Notes: a model not told the origin generated them from the letters alone. 64,000 nucleotides of DNA from a virus (IMGVR_UViG_3300047548_001036:1-64000); one strand, 5' to 3'. Positions 17,372 through 26,968 are shown, counted from the first letter of the stretch. Numbers and translations are program-made.

Positions 17372-17518
17372 ATGATCTACATCTACATCAATATCTTTTT
17401 CAGCGTAGTCAGTGCATATCTTTTTGCAACTTCAGAAACCGATTCGTCCCGTGCGATTAGCGGTTTGGCGCTTTTGCTGAATTTGGCAGCAGTATGGGTT
17501 AACATCGCTAATCAATAA
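17372..17518 (+). CDS. small hydrophobic protein, paralog of 14007-14147
   Basis: FFSVVSAYLFATSET...LNLAAVW. Confidence 0.45.
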   Translation: MIYIYINIFFSVVSAYLFATSETDSSRAISGLALLLNLAAVWVNIANQ

Positions 17519-17531
17519 CAAAAGTTCACAC

Positions 17532-17702
17532 ATGCCACTTTATGAAATTAGGTTTAAGGTCATATATCAATATGCTGATCTTAGTGCAAGTGTGGAAACG
17601 ACCCGCATCCGCGCAATGTCCCGCAGTCAAGCAATAGATCAATTCTATGGTGACATGACGGGATACAGTTTTGAAATCATCGACGTTACGGAATGTAATT
17701 AA
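17532..17702 (+). CDS. hypothetical small protein (56 aa)
   Basis: ORF. Confidence 0.3.
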   Translation: MPLYEIRFKVIYQYADLSASVETTRIRAMSRSQAIDQFYGDMTGYSFEIIDVTECN

Positions 17703-17711
17703 GGAATAACC

Positions 17712-17993
17712 ATGTTGACAGCAGCAGAGGCACTTAAAATTAGTTGTGCAAATGATCCCGGCGGGATTGTAACCAAGATTCTATCTCTGGTGGAGGCCGC
17801 AGCAAACCAGGGCGATCGTTCGATTCAGTATCGAGGAGCCGGTTTCGGTGACAGTGCGGTCTATAATGTAGAAACACAATGGCCCAAGATGAATCAGTTG
17901 GTTGTCAAACGTCTACGAGACCTGGGTTACTCTGCGAATGTTCGCTGCGAAGAACGACAGTTTGTTGATCTATGGCTGGAGGTTAATTGGTGA
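17712..17993 (+). CDS. hypothetical protein (93 aa)
   Basis: ORF. Confidence 0.5.
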   Translation: MLTAAEALKISCANDPGGIVTKILSLVEAAANQGDRSIQYRGAGFGDSAVYNVETQWPKMNQLVVKRLRDLGYSANVRCEERQFVDLWLEVNW

Positions 17994-18214
17994 ACATGGA
18001 TCATGTTACAATAGGAACACGGGTGCAGGTTACCACTGGACGTAACGCTGGCGAAGTTGGCAACGTTATTAATACTGAGCGTACACCCAATGGTGTGCTA
18101 TTGGTTTATATTGATTTTGATCGAATGATTAACGTCAACGAGGGGTATGGTTCGGTAAACATGTACCCGGATGGATACTGGGTTTCGGTTAACGATATTA
18201 AGGAAGTTATATGA
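17987..18214 (+). CDS. hypothetical protein (75 aa)
   Basis: ORF. Confidence 0.45.
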   Translation: MVNMDHVTIGTRVQVTTGRNAGEVGNVINTERTPNGVLLVYIDFDRMINVNEGYGSVNMYPDGYWVSVNDIKEVI

Positions 18215-18558
18215 CAGTTCGTTTTGAATTTGAACTCAGTGATGTGGATGCAGAAAACCTGCTAGACATCCTTCATTCGGAGTATACTCGTACTTTGCTC
18301 AATCAAGAGCGTGCCATGGTTAAAGAGCAGACTGCAGAAGCAGGTTGGTACAGTCGGCATGCAGAGTATATTGCACAGCTGAAGGCCAAAATCGCAGCTG
18401 GCAGCAGCCGTGCCGAGGATAATAAAGCAGAACCTGTGTTAACTGATGCAGACATCGAAAAACTTATTGTGCCCGGCGATTATCTGACACCTGCTGGTCT
18501 GGTAAAGTTTGTGCGATCTGTGTTAAACGCTTGTCGACAAGGAGGAACCTTTCAATGA
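18211..18558 (+). CDS. hypothetical protein (115 aa)
   Basis: ORF, ATGA overlap. Confidence 0.5.
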   Translation: MTVRFEFELSDVDAENLLDILHSEYTRTLLNQERAMVKEQTAEAGWYSRHAEYIAQLKAKIAAGSSRAEDNKAEPVLTDADIEKLIVPGDYLTPAGLVKFVRSVLNACRQGGTFQ

Positions 18559-18803
18559 AACAGGTAGAAGTATTTCGTTTGGCCCGGCAAGCCGGATTTG
18601 CCATAGACGTTCACACCGGCAACATTTGTGCATCGCATGGTATGCGCAACTGGGTAATAACTGAAGAACTGCAACGACTTGTTCAACTAGTGGTTGATGC
18701 TGAAAGAGCTGCAGCGGAGAAGCGTATAATTGAAACGTTTAAAACGTTAGGGGATGCATATCTTCCAAACATCATCGACGCAATTAAGGACACACATGAC
18801 TAA
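18555..18803 (+). CDS. hypothetical protein (82 aa)
   Basis: ATGA-coupled ORF, AAGGAGG RBS; ORF opens at 18531. Confidence 0.5.
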   Translation: MKQVEVFRLARQAGFAIDVHTGNICASHGMRNWVITEELQRLVQLVVDAERAAAEKRIIETFKTLGDAYLPNIIDAIKDTHD

Positions 18804-18996
18804 ACTTGAGACCTGGGTCTTGAAGCGGATTATTGCACGAGCCGTTCGCCAGGGCGATCATAAAAATCGAATTGTTGAAATTTTTAAAATGATTCGTATT
18901 GCTTGTGAATACGAGTTTTACGAAGACAACACTGTAACCCTTAACTCAAATCTAAAGGAATGGTTTGAGGAAAGTCTACGAAAGTCCACAAAATGA
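18796..18996 (+). CDS. hypothetical protein (66 aa)
   Basis: ATG overlapping upstream stop; ORF opens at 18754. Confidence 0.4.
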   Translation: MTKLETWVLKRIIARAVRQGDHKNRIVEIFKMIRIACEYEFYEDNTVTLNSNLKEWFEESLRKSTK

Positions 18997-19178
18997 TCGA
19001 ACTACGATGGCGAGAAATTTTAAGTAAAGTTGAGTACAATAAGTCTAGACCTGTAGTGAAAACTGTGCTACAATACAGACAGACACAGGCAGTTGTAAAT
19101 GCAAGCGGCGCAGTTTGCGGACACACTGATTGGTCTGAGTGGGTAGATGTTCCCACTATTCAAGAAATCCCTAACTAA
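18993..19178 (+). CDS. hypothetical protein (61 aa)
   Basis: ORF. Confidence 0.35.
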   Translation: MIELRWREILSKVEYNKSRPVVKTVLQYRQTQAVVNASGAVCGHTDWSEWVDVPTIQEIPN

Positions 19179-19192
19179 CTGAAAGGCAAACT

Positions 19193-20290
19193 ATGTTTCC
19201 GTATATTATTCAAGGCAATTCTATCAGCATCGTCGTCGACCGCAAGCCTTATACCATTAACAAGACGCACATTACCTACGATAAGCTTCGTGCGGCCATC
19301 AAGGCTGAGGACTGGAATGCAGTTCGTGAGCTGGTCGAACCCAAACAGGTGGTGATTAATTATGCAGTGGGCAACGTCACTATCCGTGGTGACGAGTTCT
19401 TCTGGAACAATCGCCCCATGCACAATGCATTGAGCAACAAGATGATCGAGATGCTGCGTGAAGGGTTCACTATCGATCCCCTGATCAACTTCACTGAAAA
19501 CCTCATGCAGAACCCTAGCAAGCGTGCAGTTGATGAACTCTATGGCTTCCTTGACAAGGGCAACCTCCCCATCACACCCGACGGCCACTTCCTGGCTTAC
19601 AAGAAGGTTCGCGAGGATTACACTGACTGCCATACTGGCAAGATCAGCAACCATGTTGGCGCACTCGTTACCATGGAGCGCAATGAAGTTGATGACAACC
19701 GTGATCAGACTTGCAGCACTGGCCTGCACTTCTGCAGTCAAGAGTACCTCAAGAGCTTTGGTGGCGCTCGCACCATGATCCTTAAGATCAACCCGCGTGA
19801 TGTTGTCAGTATCCCTAGCGATTACAACGACAGCAAGGGACGCTGCTGCCAGTACGAAGTTATCGGTGAGCTGGAAGCTGCTCCGGAAAAAGCTTTTACC
19901 AAACCCGTGCAAGCTAACGCACAGGGTGTCAAGACTATTGAACCCAAGACTGGCAGCACCCCGTTCTATCATGGCTACAACGATGGCTATCAAGGACTCT
20001 ACCATGCTTCGGATGCATATTGCCTGAGTGAAAAGGATCGCACTGATTACAACGAAGGTTACAGCAAGGGCAACACGGATCGTTGGAATGGCACCGAACG
20101 TTATCGTTACGTTCCCAAGCCGCAAGTTGACAGTCGTGGTCGCGCACTAAGTATGACCAAGGATGCTATTCGCAAGCGCGAGGCCCGTGCACGGGCCCGT
20201 GCGCAAGCTGCTGCTAACAATGTAGCTGCTGCTACTGTAGCTACTGCTAACGCTAACACGGGCTCTGCATGGCCCTTCCCTAAGGCCTAA
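19193..20290 (+). CDS. hypothetical protein (365 aa) with Tyr/Asp/Gly-rich segment and Ala-rich C-terminal tail
   Basis: large ORF with RBS; no family recognised. Confidence 0.55.
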   Translation: MFPYIIQGNSISIVVDRKPYTINKTHITYDKLRAAIKAEDWNAVRELVEPKQVVINYAVGNVTIRGDEFFWNNRPMHNALSNKMIEMLREGFTIDPLINFTENLMQNPSKRAVDELYGFLDKGNLPITPDGHFLAYKKVREDYTDCHTGKISNHVGALVTMERNEVDDNRDQTCSTGLHFCSQEYLKSFGGARTMILKINPRDVVSIPSDYNDSKGRCCQYEVIGELEAAPEKAFTKPVQANAQGVKTIEPKTGSTPFYHGYNDGYQGLYHASDAYCLSEKDRTDYNEGYSKGNTDRWNGTERYRYVPKPQVDSRGRALSMTKDAIRKREARARARAQAAANNVAAATVATANANTGSAWPFPKA

Positions 20291-20293
20291 GCT

Positions 20294-20470
20294 ATGGCAA
20301 AGATGATCTTGGTATTCTTGATTGTCTTTGCCTTGGTCTTTGCGGGTATGGAAACATTCCGTAGCATGACCCAAGGTGAACGATGGTCATTGACAAAAAG
20401 TGTAGGCTATAGTATAATTATTGCTGTAGTAACTCTAATCTTGCTTGCAGGGTTTGTTATACTTTTTTAA
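20294..20470 (+). CDS. small two-helix membrane protein (58 aa)
   Basis: MAKMILVFLIVFALVFAG ... IIIAVVTLILLAGFVILF. Confidence 0.4.
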   Translation: MAKMILVFLIVFALVFAGMETFRSMTQGERWSLTKSVGYSIIIAVVTLILLAGFVILF

Positions 20471-20479
20471 GGATTTAAA

Positions 20480-21520
20480 ATGAAGCAAAAGATTCTTCCT
20501 GCAATGCTGGCCGCATGCCTAGTTTCTGCAGTTACTGTAGATGCATATGCAGCTATCGGTCGGGCTGGCGGCGGCGCTCGTCCATCGTTTAGTAGGGCTG
20601 TATCCGCACCGAAGGTTCCTTCGGTTCCATATTCGAAACCGGCGATAAGTCCGTCACAGGCAAGACCAGGAGGAATCGGTGGGACTACTGGATCCGTCGG
20701 AGTCAGGAAGCCCGAAGTAACTCAGCAGGTTGCTAACAAAGTAAATCCTCAGCCAGCCACTAGCCCAGGCACAGTTCAAAGTAGGCCAGCATATGCTCCA
20801 ACAAATCCTGCTACTACTCCGGTTTACTCGCAGCCTGCCTCCAATGTAACTAATGGCAGCACATTTATGAGCTCCTTGGGCGGGGCATTTGTTGGTAGCG
20901 CGTTGGGTAACATGATTTTTGGGAATCATGGAGCTACTGGTAGCACTACAGTAATTAACAATGGGGCAGGTGTTTCTGCTTCACCTGCAGCAACCACTAC
21001 AGCGGGCCCTAGTACAGGACCTACTAACTATGTTGACTCAAATGGAGTAGTTACCAGCCAGCAATATCAACCACAGTCATACGGACTGTGGGGGTTTATT
21101 AAGGATGTATTCCTATTCGGTGTTCTCGTTCTACTAATTGGAGGAATTGGATTCGTGTTTTACCAAGGATTTAAAAAATTGAAAGCATACTGGAATCGTG
21201 AGCGCGGCATTGCACCTGCTCAACCAGTTAATCCAACGCAAATGTTCTGGCGCATTCAGCAAATGCATGCTGAAGGTAGTGTGTCGGGTTTGACGGAACT
21301 ACTTGGTCCAGATGTGCTCGACGAGCTCACTCAGAACTTGCAACCTTATACGTTGCTCATTAGCCAAGTCAGTCACGAGGTTGTACTGTCAAATGCTCGA
21401 GAGTTCAGTGTTCACTACACCTTCTATGAAGATAGCACCAAGCTTGAACAAGTCTGGCACTATGAACTGATCAATGGCAGTTGGAAACTCAACGGCATTG
21501 AAAACATTGAAGCATGTTGA
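20480..21520 (+). CDS. secreted/membrane protein: signal peptide, S/T/P/A-rich region, one TM helix, Tim44-like C-terminal domain
   Basis: MKQKILPAMLAACLVSAVTVDAYAA; TM LFGVLVLLIGGIGFVFY; weak Tim44-like similarity in the C-terminal region. Confidence 0.5.
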   Translation: MKQKILPAMLAACLVSAVTVDAYAAIGRAGGGARPSFSRAVSAPKVPSVPYSKPAISPSQARPGGIGGTTGSVGVRKPEVTQQVANKVNPQPATSPGTVQSRPAYAPTNPATTPVYSQPASNVTNGSTFMSSLGGAFVGSALGNMIFGNHGATGSTTVINNGAGVSASPAATTTAGPSTGPTNYVDSNGVVTSQQYQPQSYGLWGFIKDVFLFGVLVLLIGGIGFVFYQGFKKLKAYWNRERGIAPAQPVNPTQMFWRIQQMHAEGSVSGLTELLGPDVLDELTQNLQPYTLLISQVSHEVVLSNAREFSVHYTFYEDSTKLEQVWHYELINGSWKLNGIENIEAC

Positions 21521-21576
21521 CTAACACGCTGATTGCAGCTATAATTAATACGTAAACAACTTTAAAGGAAACACAC

Positions 21577-22377
21577 ATGAAACGTTTTGCAACTCTTTCC
21601 GTCCTGGCTGCTGCTGTTCTGGCTACTGGCTGTACTCGAATTACTACCGGCGAGGTCGGCGTTCGAGTTGACATGAGCCGTCAAGTTCAAGGTGCTGAAC
21701 TTATGCCCGGTAGCTGGAACCAAACGCTGATTGGCGATGTGCTGACTTTCCCGGTCAAGGACATTGCAGTCACTCTGGAAAACAAAGCGCCCATGACTGC
21801 AGATAACAGTGCGCTGGCAGACTTTGATATCACTGTGGTCTACGGCATCAATCCATCCAGTGTTGCCGAACTTTACACTACCAAGAGCAAGAGTTTCCAT
21901 GCTTATAATGATAAGGAGGGCGATACCTATCTCATGTATAACTACATGGTGACCTTGGTCAACAACGCCAGCTACAAAGCAGTTCGCCAATACAAGGCAT
22001 TGGAGGTTGCAGATAATCGAGCTAAGATTGAAGAAGAAATCAAGGCCCTAGTTACCGAGCAGCTCAAGGAAGAAAAGCTGGACACTGCACTCACGCTGAA
22101 CGTGGTTCAGGTGCGCAACGTTGCCCCTAACGCTGAGATCCTTAAGGCAGCTACTGAGTTCGTTCGCAGTCAAAACGAACTGAAGATCAAGGAAAACGAA
22201 GTGGCAATTGCCAAGAAGGAAAGTGAGCGTATGGCTGCACTGGCACAGAACAGTCAGCAGAGCATTGCATACATGAATGCTCAGGCACAGCTCATGATTG
22301 CAGAAGGTATCAAGAACGGCAAGGTGCAAACCATTGTTGTTCCGGCTAACTTCAATTCGCTGATGTTGCCCAAATAA
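21577..22377 (+). CDS. SPFH (band-7/prohibitin-like) domain lipoprotein
   Basis: lipobox LATGC; SPFH-like core TGEVGVRV...; C-terminal Ala/Glu-rich coiled coil. Confidence 0.5.
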   Translation: MKRFATLSVLAAAVLATGCTRITTGEVGVRVDMSRQVQGAELMPGSWNQTLIGDVLTFPVKDIAVTLENKAPMTADNSALADFDITVVYGINPSSVAELYTTKSKSFHAYNDKEGDTYLMYNYMVTLVNNASYKAVRQYKALEVADNRAKIEEEIKALVTEQLKEEKLDTALTLNVVQVRNVAPNAEILKAATEFVRSQNELKIKENEVAIAKKESERMAALAQNSQQSIAYMNAQAQLMIAEGIKNGKVQTIVVPANFNSLMLPK

Positions 22378-22395
22378 TCGTTAGTTGGCATTAGC

Positions 22396-22428
22396 TAGGC
22401 CCGCAAGGGCCTTTTTTTAAGAATTAAA
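22396..22428 (+). terminator. rho-independent terminator
   Basis: AGGCCCGCAAGGGCCT followed by T7. Confidence 0.7.
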
Positions 22429-22429
22429 A

Positions 22430-22753
22430 ATGAAACTCTATATTGCAGTATTGGATGAGTTCCCGGACTATATGGTGCCTACTCTAGTGGCCCATGCTGT
22501 ACTAGGGGCTCACCTAGAATTTGAACACCGTTTGGAGTACCGTGGGTGGCTGCTAAATTCTTTTAAGAAATGCGTATTGCGGGTTAACCAAAAGGAGTTT
22601 GATAAGATTGCGGCACTTGATGATGTGTATCTTGCTCACGAAAATAAAACTCTGAGTGCTAAAAAATCGTGTGCAGTGGTGATGCCGCGCGAAGATAACC
22701 CCAACGTACTAAAATTTGCCAAACTTTGGAAACCAAACGGAGGTGTACAATGA
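22430..22753 (+). CDS. hypothetical protein (107 aa)
   Basis: ORF. Confidence 0.5.
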   Translation: MKLYIAVLDEFPDYMVPTLVAHAVLGAHLEFEHRLEYRGWLLNSFKKCVLRVNQKEFDKIAALDDVYLAHENKTLSAKKSCAVVMPREDNPNVLKFAKLWKPNGGVQ

Positions 22754-22989
22754 CCATCCTAGTAGATATGCGAGGTGACCGTTTTCATGAAGGTTGCAAG
22801 GTTGCAAGGGCAGTACATTCAGGTAAGATCGCCATTTGTACCGTAACACGCATACACAATGGTCAGATCTATTTAGATTTTAGTAAGGTGCCAATTAATT
22901 ATCCCAGGAGGCTACTGATCCTTGAAAAGGATCCCTTGATTTCCATGATGGATAAGTACGAAAAAACAAATAACCTTCCGTCAGTTTAA
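22750..22989 (+). CDS. hypothetical protein (79 aa)
   Basis: GGAGG RBS, ATGA overlap; ORF opens at 22726. Confidence 0.45.
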   Translation: MTILVDMRGDRFHEGCKVARAVHSGKIAICTVTRIHNGQIYLDFSKVPINYPRRLLILEKDPLISMMDKYEKTNNLPSV

Positions 22990-23005
22990 ACTAGGAGTAT
23001 CGACT

Positions 23006-23281
23006 ATGAGTGTCTGGGCCAATGTGTCGGGAAACATTACGGTAAGTAAGCATTGCCGTTTGTCAATTGCCAAGCTAATCAAGGAAATGTTTGACGAACA
23101 TAACATCAATAAGATTAATCAAGTTAACCGAGACCAGGTATTTTCAACTGATGTTGACTTTGTATTTTCCTTGGACGGCATGGATGCTGCAATCCAAGTC
23201 AATAAGTTTGTCCTGGCGATAAAGGATGCTGATAAACATGCTAGGGTAGACCTTGATGCAACTGTTAGGTTTCTAGCCTAA
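23006..23281 (+). CDS. hypothetical protein (91 aa)
   Basis: ORF. Confidence 0.45.
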   Translation: MSVWANVSGNITVSKHCRLSIAKLIKEMFDEHNINKINQVNRDQVFSTDVDFVFSLDGMDAAIQVNKFVLAIKDADKHARVDLDATVRFLA

Positions 23282-23289
23282 CGCTTCTT

Positions 23290-24444
23290 ATGAATAATAC
23301 AGTCGTCGATTACTACAAACACCTATGTTCAGAATGGAACTTTACACCGACTGCACCTGTTAGCACCGGCTACGAGTCTGTGGAACCACAGTTAAAGAGC
23401 CTGTCCAAACAACGATGGGAATCGGAAAATGAGGCAGGCAAGCAGGCAATTGAGCAGGAAGTGTTTGATATCTACCGTGAGGTGGATGTGCTTCCCATCA
23501 CATACTACACACTAGATGGATGCGTGAGTGAACTCAAATCAATTGCAAGCAAATCAGCTGCCGTTGAGCATGGGAGCATTGGTGTGGGTAACACTGCAGG
23601 ACAAAGCTTCTGCCGCTTTTGGTTCCCTAACATGCAGGAAGCCCGTAACCTCAAGGACAAAGAGGCTAGCTTGCGCAGTAGGTTCTACAACGACACTAAG
23701 CTTAGACGGGCTATACAGCTCTGCTACAAGCATCGCAACGAGGGGGACAGGAGTGTGCTGCCCCAGAACATTAGACGGGCACTGGACCTCGTCTGCGGCG
23801 GCAGCATACAAAACTTCAAGCCCATGAGCGCTCGTGCAGTCTACGAGGAAATATGCCCACAAATGTTTGGGCGTTTACTAGACTTCAGCTCGGGCTATGG
23901 CGGGCGCATGCTGGGCGCCCTAACTAGCAACATGCGTTATCACTACACGGGCATTGATCCAAATACAAAAACATACCACGGGCTAGATGCACTGGGAAAC
24001 CTACTCACGGACCTGGGCATGGGCAGTGGTGTTGACATGCACCATACAGTCAGTGAAGAGTTTGATGCTGATACGGGTACGTTTGATGCAGCCTTCTCCA
24101 GCCCGCCCTACTTCAATCTAGAGATCTACTCGGACGAGCCCACACAGTGCATGAACCGGTGTTCCAACCTAGATGCATGGTTTGAACTGTATGTTGAGCC
24201 TACCTTGAGGATGCTGCACAAAGTCTTAGCACATGATGCAATCTATGCCGTAAACATTGCAGATTACAAAATTAATCAGACAACATTTGAAATCGAACAA
24301 CGCTGGAAAGAGTTGTCCACCAAGCTGAACTTTAGGTACGAACGCGACATCAAAATGATGCTAAATGTTCGACCTGGCAATGGCAACAACAAATTGCAAA
24401 ATGGTCACAAGCATGAGCTCATTTACGTTTTTAGAAAAGTCTAA
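23290..24444 (+). CDS. DNA amino-methyltransferase (N6-adenine or N4-cytosine)
   Basis: motif I LDFSSGYGG before motif IV SPPY (AAFSSPPYFN). Confidence 0.6.
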   Translation: MNNTVVDYYKHLCSEWNFTPTAPVSTGYESVEPQLKSLSKQRWESENEAGKQAIEQEVFDIYREVDVLPITYYTLDGCVSELKSIASKSAAVEHGSIGVGNTAGQSFCRFWFPNMQEARNLKDKEASLRSRFYNDTKLRRAIQLCYKHRNEGDRSVLPQNIRRALDLVCGGSIQNFKPMSARAVYEEICPQMFGRLLDFSSGYGGRMLGALTSNMRYHYTGIDPNTKTYHGLDALGNLLTDLGMGSGVDMHHTVSEEFDADTGTFDAAFSSPPYFNLEIYSDEPTQCMNRCSNLDAWFELYVEPTLRMLHKVLAHDAIYAVNIADYKINQTTFEIEQRWKELSTKLNFRYERDIKMMLNVRPGNGNNKLQNGHKHELIYVFRKV

Positions 24445-24455
24445 CTCTTTCTAGC

Positions 24456-24492
24456 TTGACTAGATGCATGAGTGTGTGTATAATAAACACAT
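24456..24492 (+). promoter_or_regulatory. sigma70-consensus promoter TTGACT-17-TGTATAAT plus conserved cassette
   Basis: TTGACT at 24456-61, TATAAT at 24479-84, TG at -15/-14. Confidence 0.65.
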
Positions 24493-24512
24493 AAACTAAC
24501 AGAGGTACATAT

Positions 24513-25454
24513 ATGGGATGTTGGAATAAGACCTGCGGCCTAAGCGGCTTGCACATTTGGAGTGGTACTGAGGTAATTGTGTTTGCGCTTGAGCAACACA
24601 CTGATTACCATGATCGCTGCTACACTACTGCATTCTGGAAGCCTGTATGGGTTCCGTTTTACAGCAAATATAACGACTACGGCGGTGGTGAGGGGAGCTA
24701 TGGCATTGGCTTTGACTTGCTGATGAAAGGTCTCAAAGAGCAGCTTATTGAAAAAGATGTGGGCGAGAATGAATGCCACGATATTGCCGTTCGTGCAGCT
24801 GACATGAATGAAGAATTGTTCTTCAACGCTGTACACGAAGGTCGTCTGGAAGTCACCGGCTGGAGGAACAAGACCAGCCTAGTTGATTTTGTCATGTTCC
24901 GCAAAGATGTGGTCGACGATATTCTTGCCAACTTCAAGTGTGAAGACTACGTGGGCGATGGCAAGGGCACACACGGCTGGAACGACAACTACATCACCTA
25001 CGGATTCTCTGACGTGCTAGCCTCCGTTCCCGAGTTCATGACCAAGTTGAAAGCAAAACTTGAAAGCGTAACTGATCCGGCCATGCGTAAGTATGCAGGT
25101 AGTCGTGAATTGTTTGACTTCCGAGACCCCAACCTAGCAGCCAAGTACCTGCGTGACAGCGACAATTATCGTTATAGTAAGTTGATCCGACCTTTTACTG
25201 AACTGGACTCACTGGTCATGGATGGGCGTCTGGAACAAGCAGAAGAGCTACTCAAAGACTGGCTGACCATGAGCTATCTAGATTCATTTATGCACTCAAC
25301 ACGTAAGGTGTGGGTACCCGGAAGTCATGAAGGCAGCCAGGCAAGCAGTCATCATGGGTATCGCGTATTGTCCGCAGCGGTAAACTCTGCACTGGATCGT
25401 GAGAAAGCAGAATTCCTGGAAGAAAATGACATTGAAGAATGGAGTGACATGTGA
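24513..25454 (+). CDS. hypothetical protein (313 aa)
   Basis: ORF after promoter. Confidence 0.55.
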   Translation: MGCWNKTCGLSGLHIWSGTEVIVFALEQHTDYHDRCYTTAFWKPVWVPFYSKYNDYGGGEGSYGIGFDLLMKGLKEQLIEKDVGENECHDIAVRAADMNEELFFNAVHEGRLEVTGWRNKTSLVDFVMFRKDVVDDILANFKCEDYVGDGKGTHGWNDNYITYGFSDVLASVPEFMTKLKAKLESVTDPAMRKYAGSRELFDFRDPNLAAKYLRDSDNYRYSKLIRPFTELDSLVMDGRLEQAEELLKDWLTMSYLDSFMHSTRKVWVPGSHEGSQASSHHGYRVLSAAVNSALDREKAEFLEENDIEEWSDM

Positions 25455-25603
25455 TGTTGTTTGATATTTTATCTTTAGTATTTTTTATGACGGCATTTGC
25501 TGCAGTCTGGACATTTGGGTTTTTTGTATTTGACGCAGAAATCCTTGACGGATACTTTAAGAAAAAGCTGCAGCGGAAATTTAATAAAGACGAAATTAAG
25601 TAA
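25454..25603 (+). CDS. small membrane protein (49 aa)
   Basis: ATGTGATG overlap; hydrophobic helix. Confidence 0.3.
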   Translation: MLFDILSLVFFMTAFAAVWTFGFFVFDAEILDGYFKKKLQRKFNKDEIK

Positions 25604-25621
25604 ACACAACAGGAGTAAAAC

Positions 25622-25828
25622 ATGCTAAAAGAACGACTTGAACTCGTTGAATTCGAAATCGAAAAGGTAACCCGTGAACTGATTGCGCTGTATCAGCAGA
25701 TTGCGATCAGGGGTAACGCCTCCCCGGCTAGCGAGGCCCTGTATCATACAAAGAAAAACGAGCTAGCTAGTCTGACGCATGCCAAGATCGAAATCATGGC
25801 CTTGCTGGAGCAGAACCCTAACATGTAA
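25622..25828 (+). CDS. hypothetical protein (68 aa)
   Basis: ORF, AGGAG RBS. Confidence 0.45.
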   Translation: MLKERLELVEFEIEKVTRELIALYQQIAIRGNASPASEALYHTKKNELASLTHAKIEIMALLEQNPNM

Positions 25829-25850
25829 CTGTGTTATAATACATATACAC
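25829..25850 (+). promoter_or_regulatory. conserved phage promoter cassette
   Basis: CTGTGTTATAATACATATACAC. Confidence 0.6.
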
Positions 25851-25870
25851 TAACACGCAAGGGCACATAC

Positions 25871-26476
25871 ATGAACCGACTTGAACAGCTTGAAAAGAAC
25901 CATACCAAGTATATGGAAGGTATTAAGAAGTATGCAGTCTCCGATCAACCCGAAATGCGGGCGCTGACTGATCTGCTCTTGGAGACTGAGGCTAACCCCT
26001 GGGGGTTCTTGCCCGAAGTCTGGGCGAGCTGTACTGAAAGTTCGTCAGGAATGTATTCGCTGTTGAACAACATCCATCACTCTCTGTACGACGATGGCGA
26101 CATTAGTTTCCCCATTGTTAACGGAGAACCGCGTATTGCGTTTGTATGGAAGGGCGAGGACAATTACGCTAATTATGTGCTCAGTGAAACTGAAAAGCGT
26201 ATGCGAGATCAATATGATTCGGAATACACTATCGAGTTCTGTACTGATGCACTAGACTTTGTAGCCCGGCATAAAGAGTACCATCGTACGGATATTCAAC
26301 GTTGTTTTATTCTTGATGCTGCCATGCATGGCATTACATTTGCAGTCAATCACTACTGCGAATATGCAAACTTTGACTCGGATTGGGAGTTTGACGACGA
26401 GATCATGGACAAGATCATGAAGCGTCGAGCAGTGTTTGGACATACTCCAGTTGACTATCCTGAGCCCAAGGAGTAA
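25871..26476 (+). CDS. hypothetical protein (201 aa)
   Basis: ORF. Confidence 0.55.
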   Translation: MNRLEQLEKNHTKYMEGIKKYAVSDQPEMRALTDLLLETEANPWGFLPEVWASCTESSSGMYSLLNNIHHSLYDDGDISFPIVNGEPRIAFVWKGEDNYANYVLSETEKRMRDQYDSEYTIEFCTDALDFVARHKEYHRTDIQRCFILDAAMHGITFAVNHYCEYANFDSDWEFDDEIMDKIMKRRAVFGHTPVDYPEPKE

Positions 26477-26478
26477 AC

Positions 26479-26808
26479 ATGTTTAGTTGGTTTAAGAAGA
26501 AACCGGTAGATCAACAGATTGTTGACAACAGCAACGATACAGTGTATAATAACAGTAGTTACCAAGATACTAACACCCCAGGAGAAACACCTATGTATCA
26601 AATCCCCCCGCGTCGTCCGCCCCCAGCACCTGCGGTTTGCTTGTACACTGTGGGAAATACACTCGATGGTCAAACTGTGCTTAGGATCTCTGACAACGAG
26701 CTCTACAGCACAACTACATTGACCATGAACCCTGCTAGTGTTAAGCAGCTAATTCGTATGCTTAACGCTAGTCTTGCTGACGAAGAAGAGGAAGATGACG
26801 ATGCGTAA
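26479..26808 (+). CDS. hypothetical Pro-rich/acidic protein (109 aa)
   Basis: ORF. Confidence 0.45.
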   Translation: MFSWFKKKPVDQQIVDNSNDTVYNNSSYQDTNTPGETPMYQIPPRRPPPAPAVCLYTVGNTLDGQTVLRISDNELYSTTTLTMNPASVKQLIRMLNASLADEEEEDDDA

Positions 26809-26968
26809 GATTTGGGAATTCCTATGGGATGGCTGTTGGCACCACTGGCAAGCAAAAGAGAAGAGAACAATGTACAGCAAGGAGTCCGATAAACTTCCAA
26901 TCGGAAACAAGTACGTTTATCAATGCAGCAAATGTTTTAAAATTAAATCTACTAAGGACTATCAATGA
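26795..26968 (+). CDS. small Cys/His/Trp-rich protein (putative Zn ribbon)
   Basis: C..C..H..C..C pattern; ORF opens at 26774. Confidence 0.35.
   Translation: MTMRKIWEFLWDGCWHHWQAKEKRTMYSKESDKLPIGNKYVYQCSKCFKIKSTKDYQ

Noticed and set aside
19175-20125. 316-aa minus-strand ORF
   Set aside because: Antisense shadow of the 365-aa + strand gene 19193-20290, which has an RBS and fits the co-directional gene chain.
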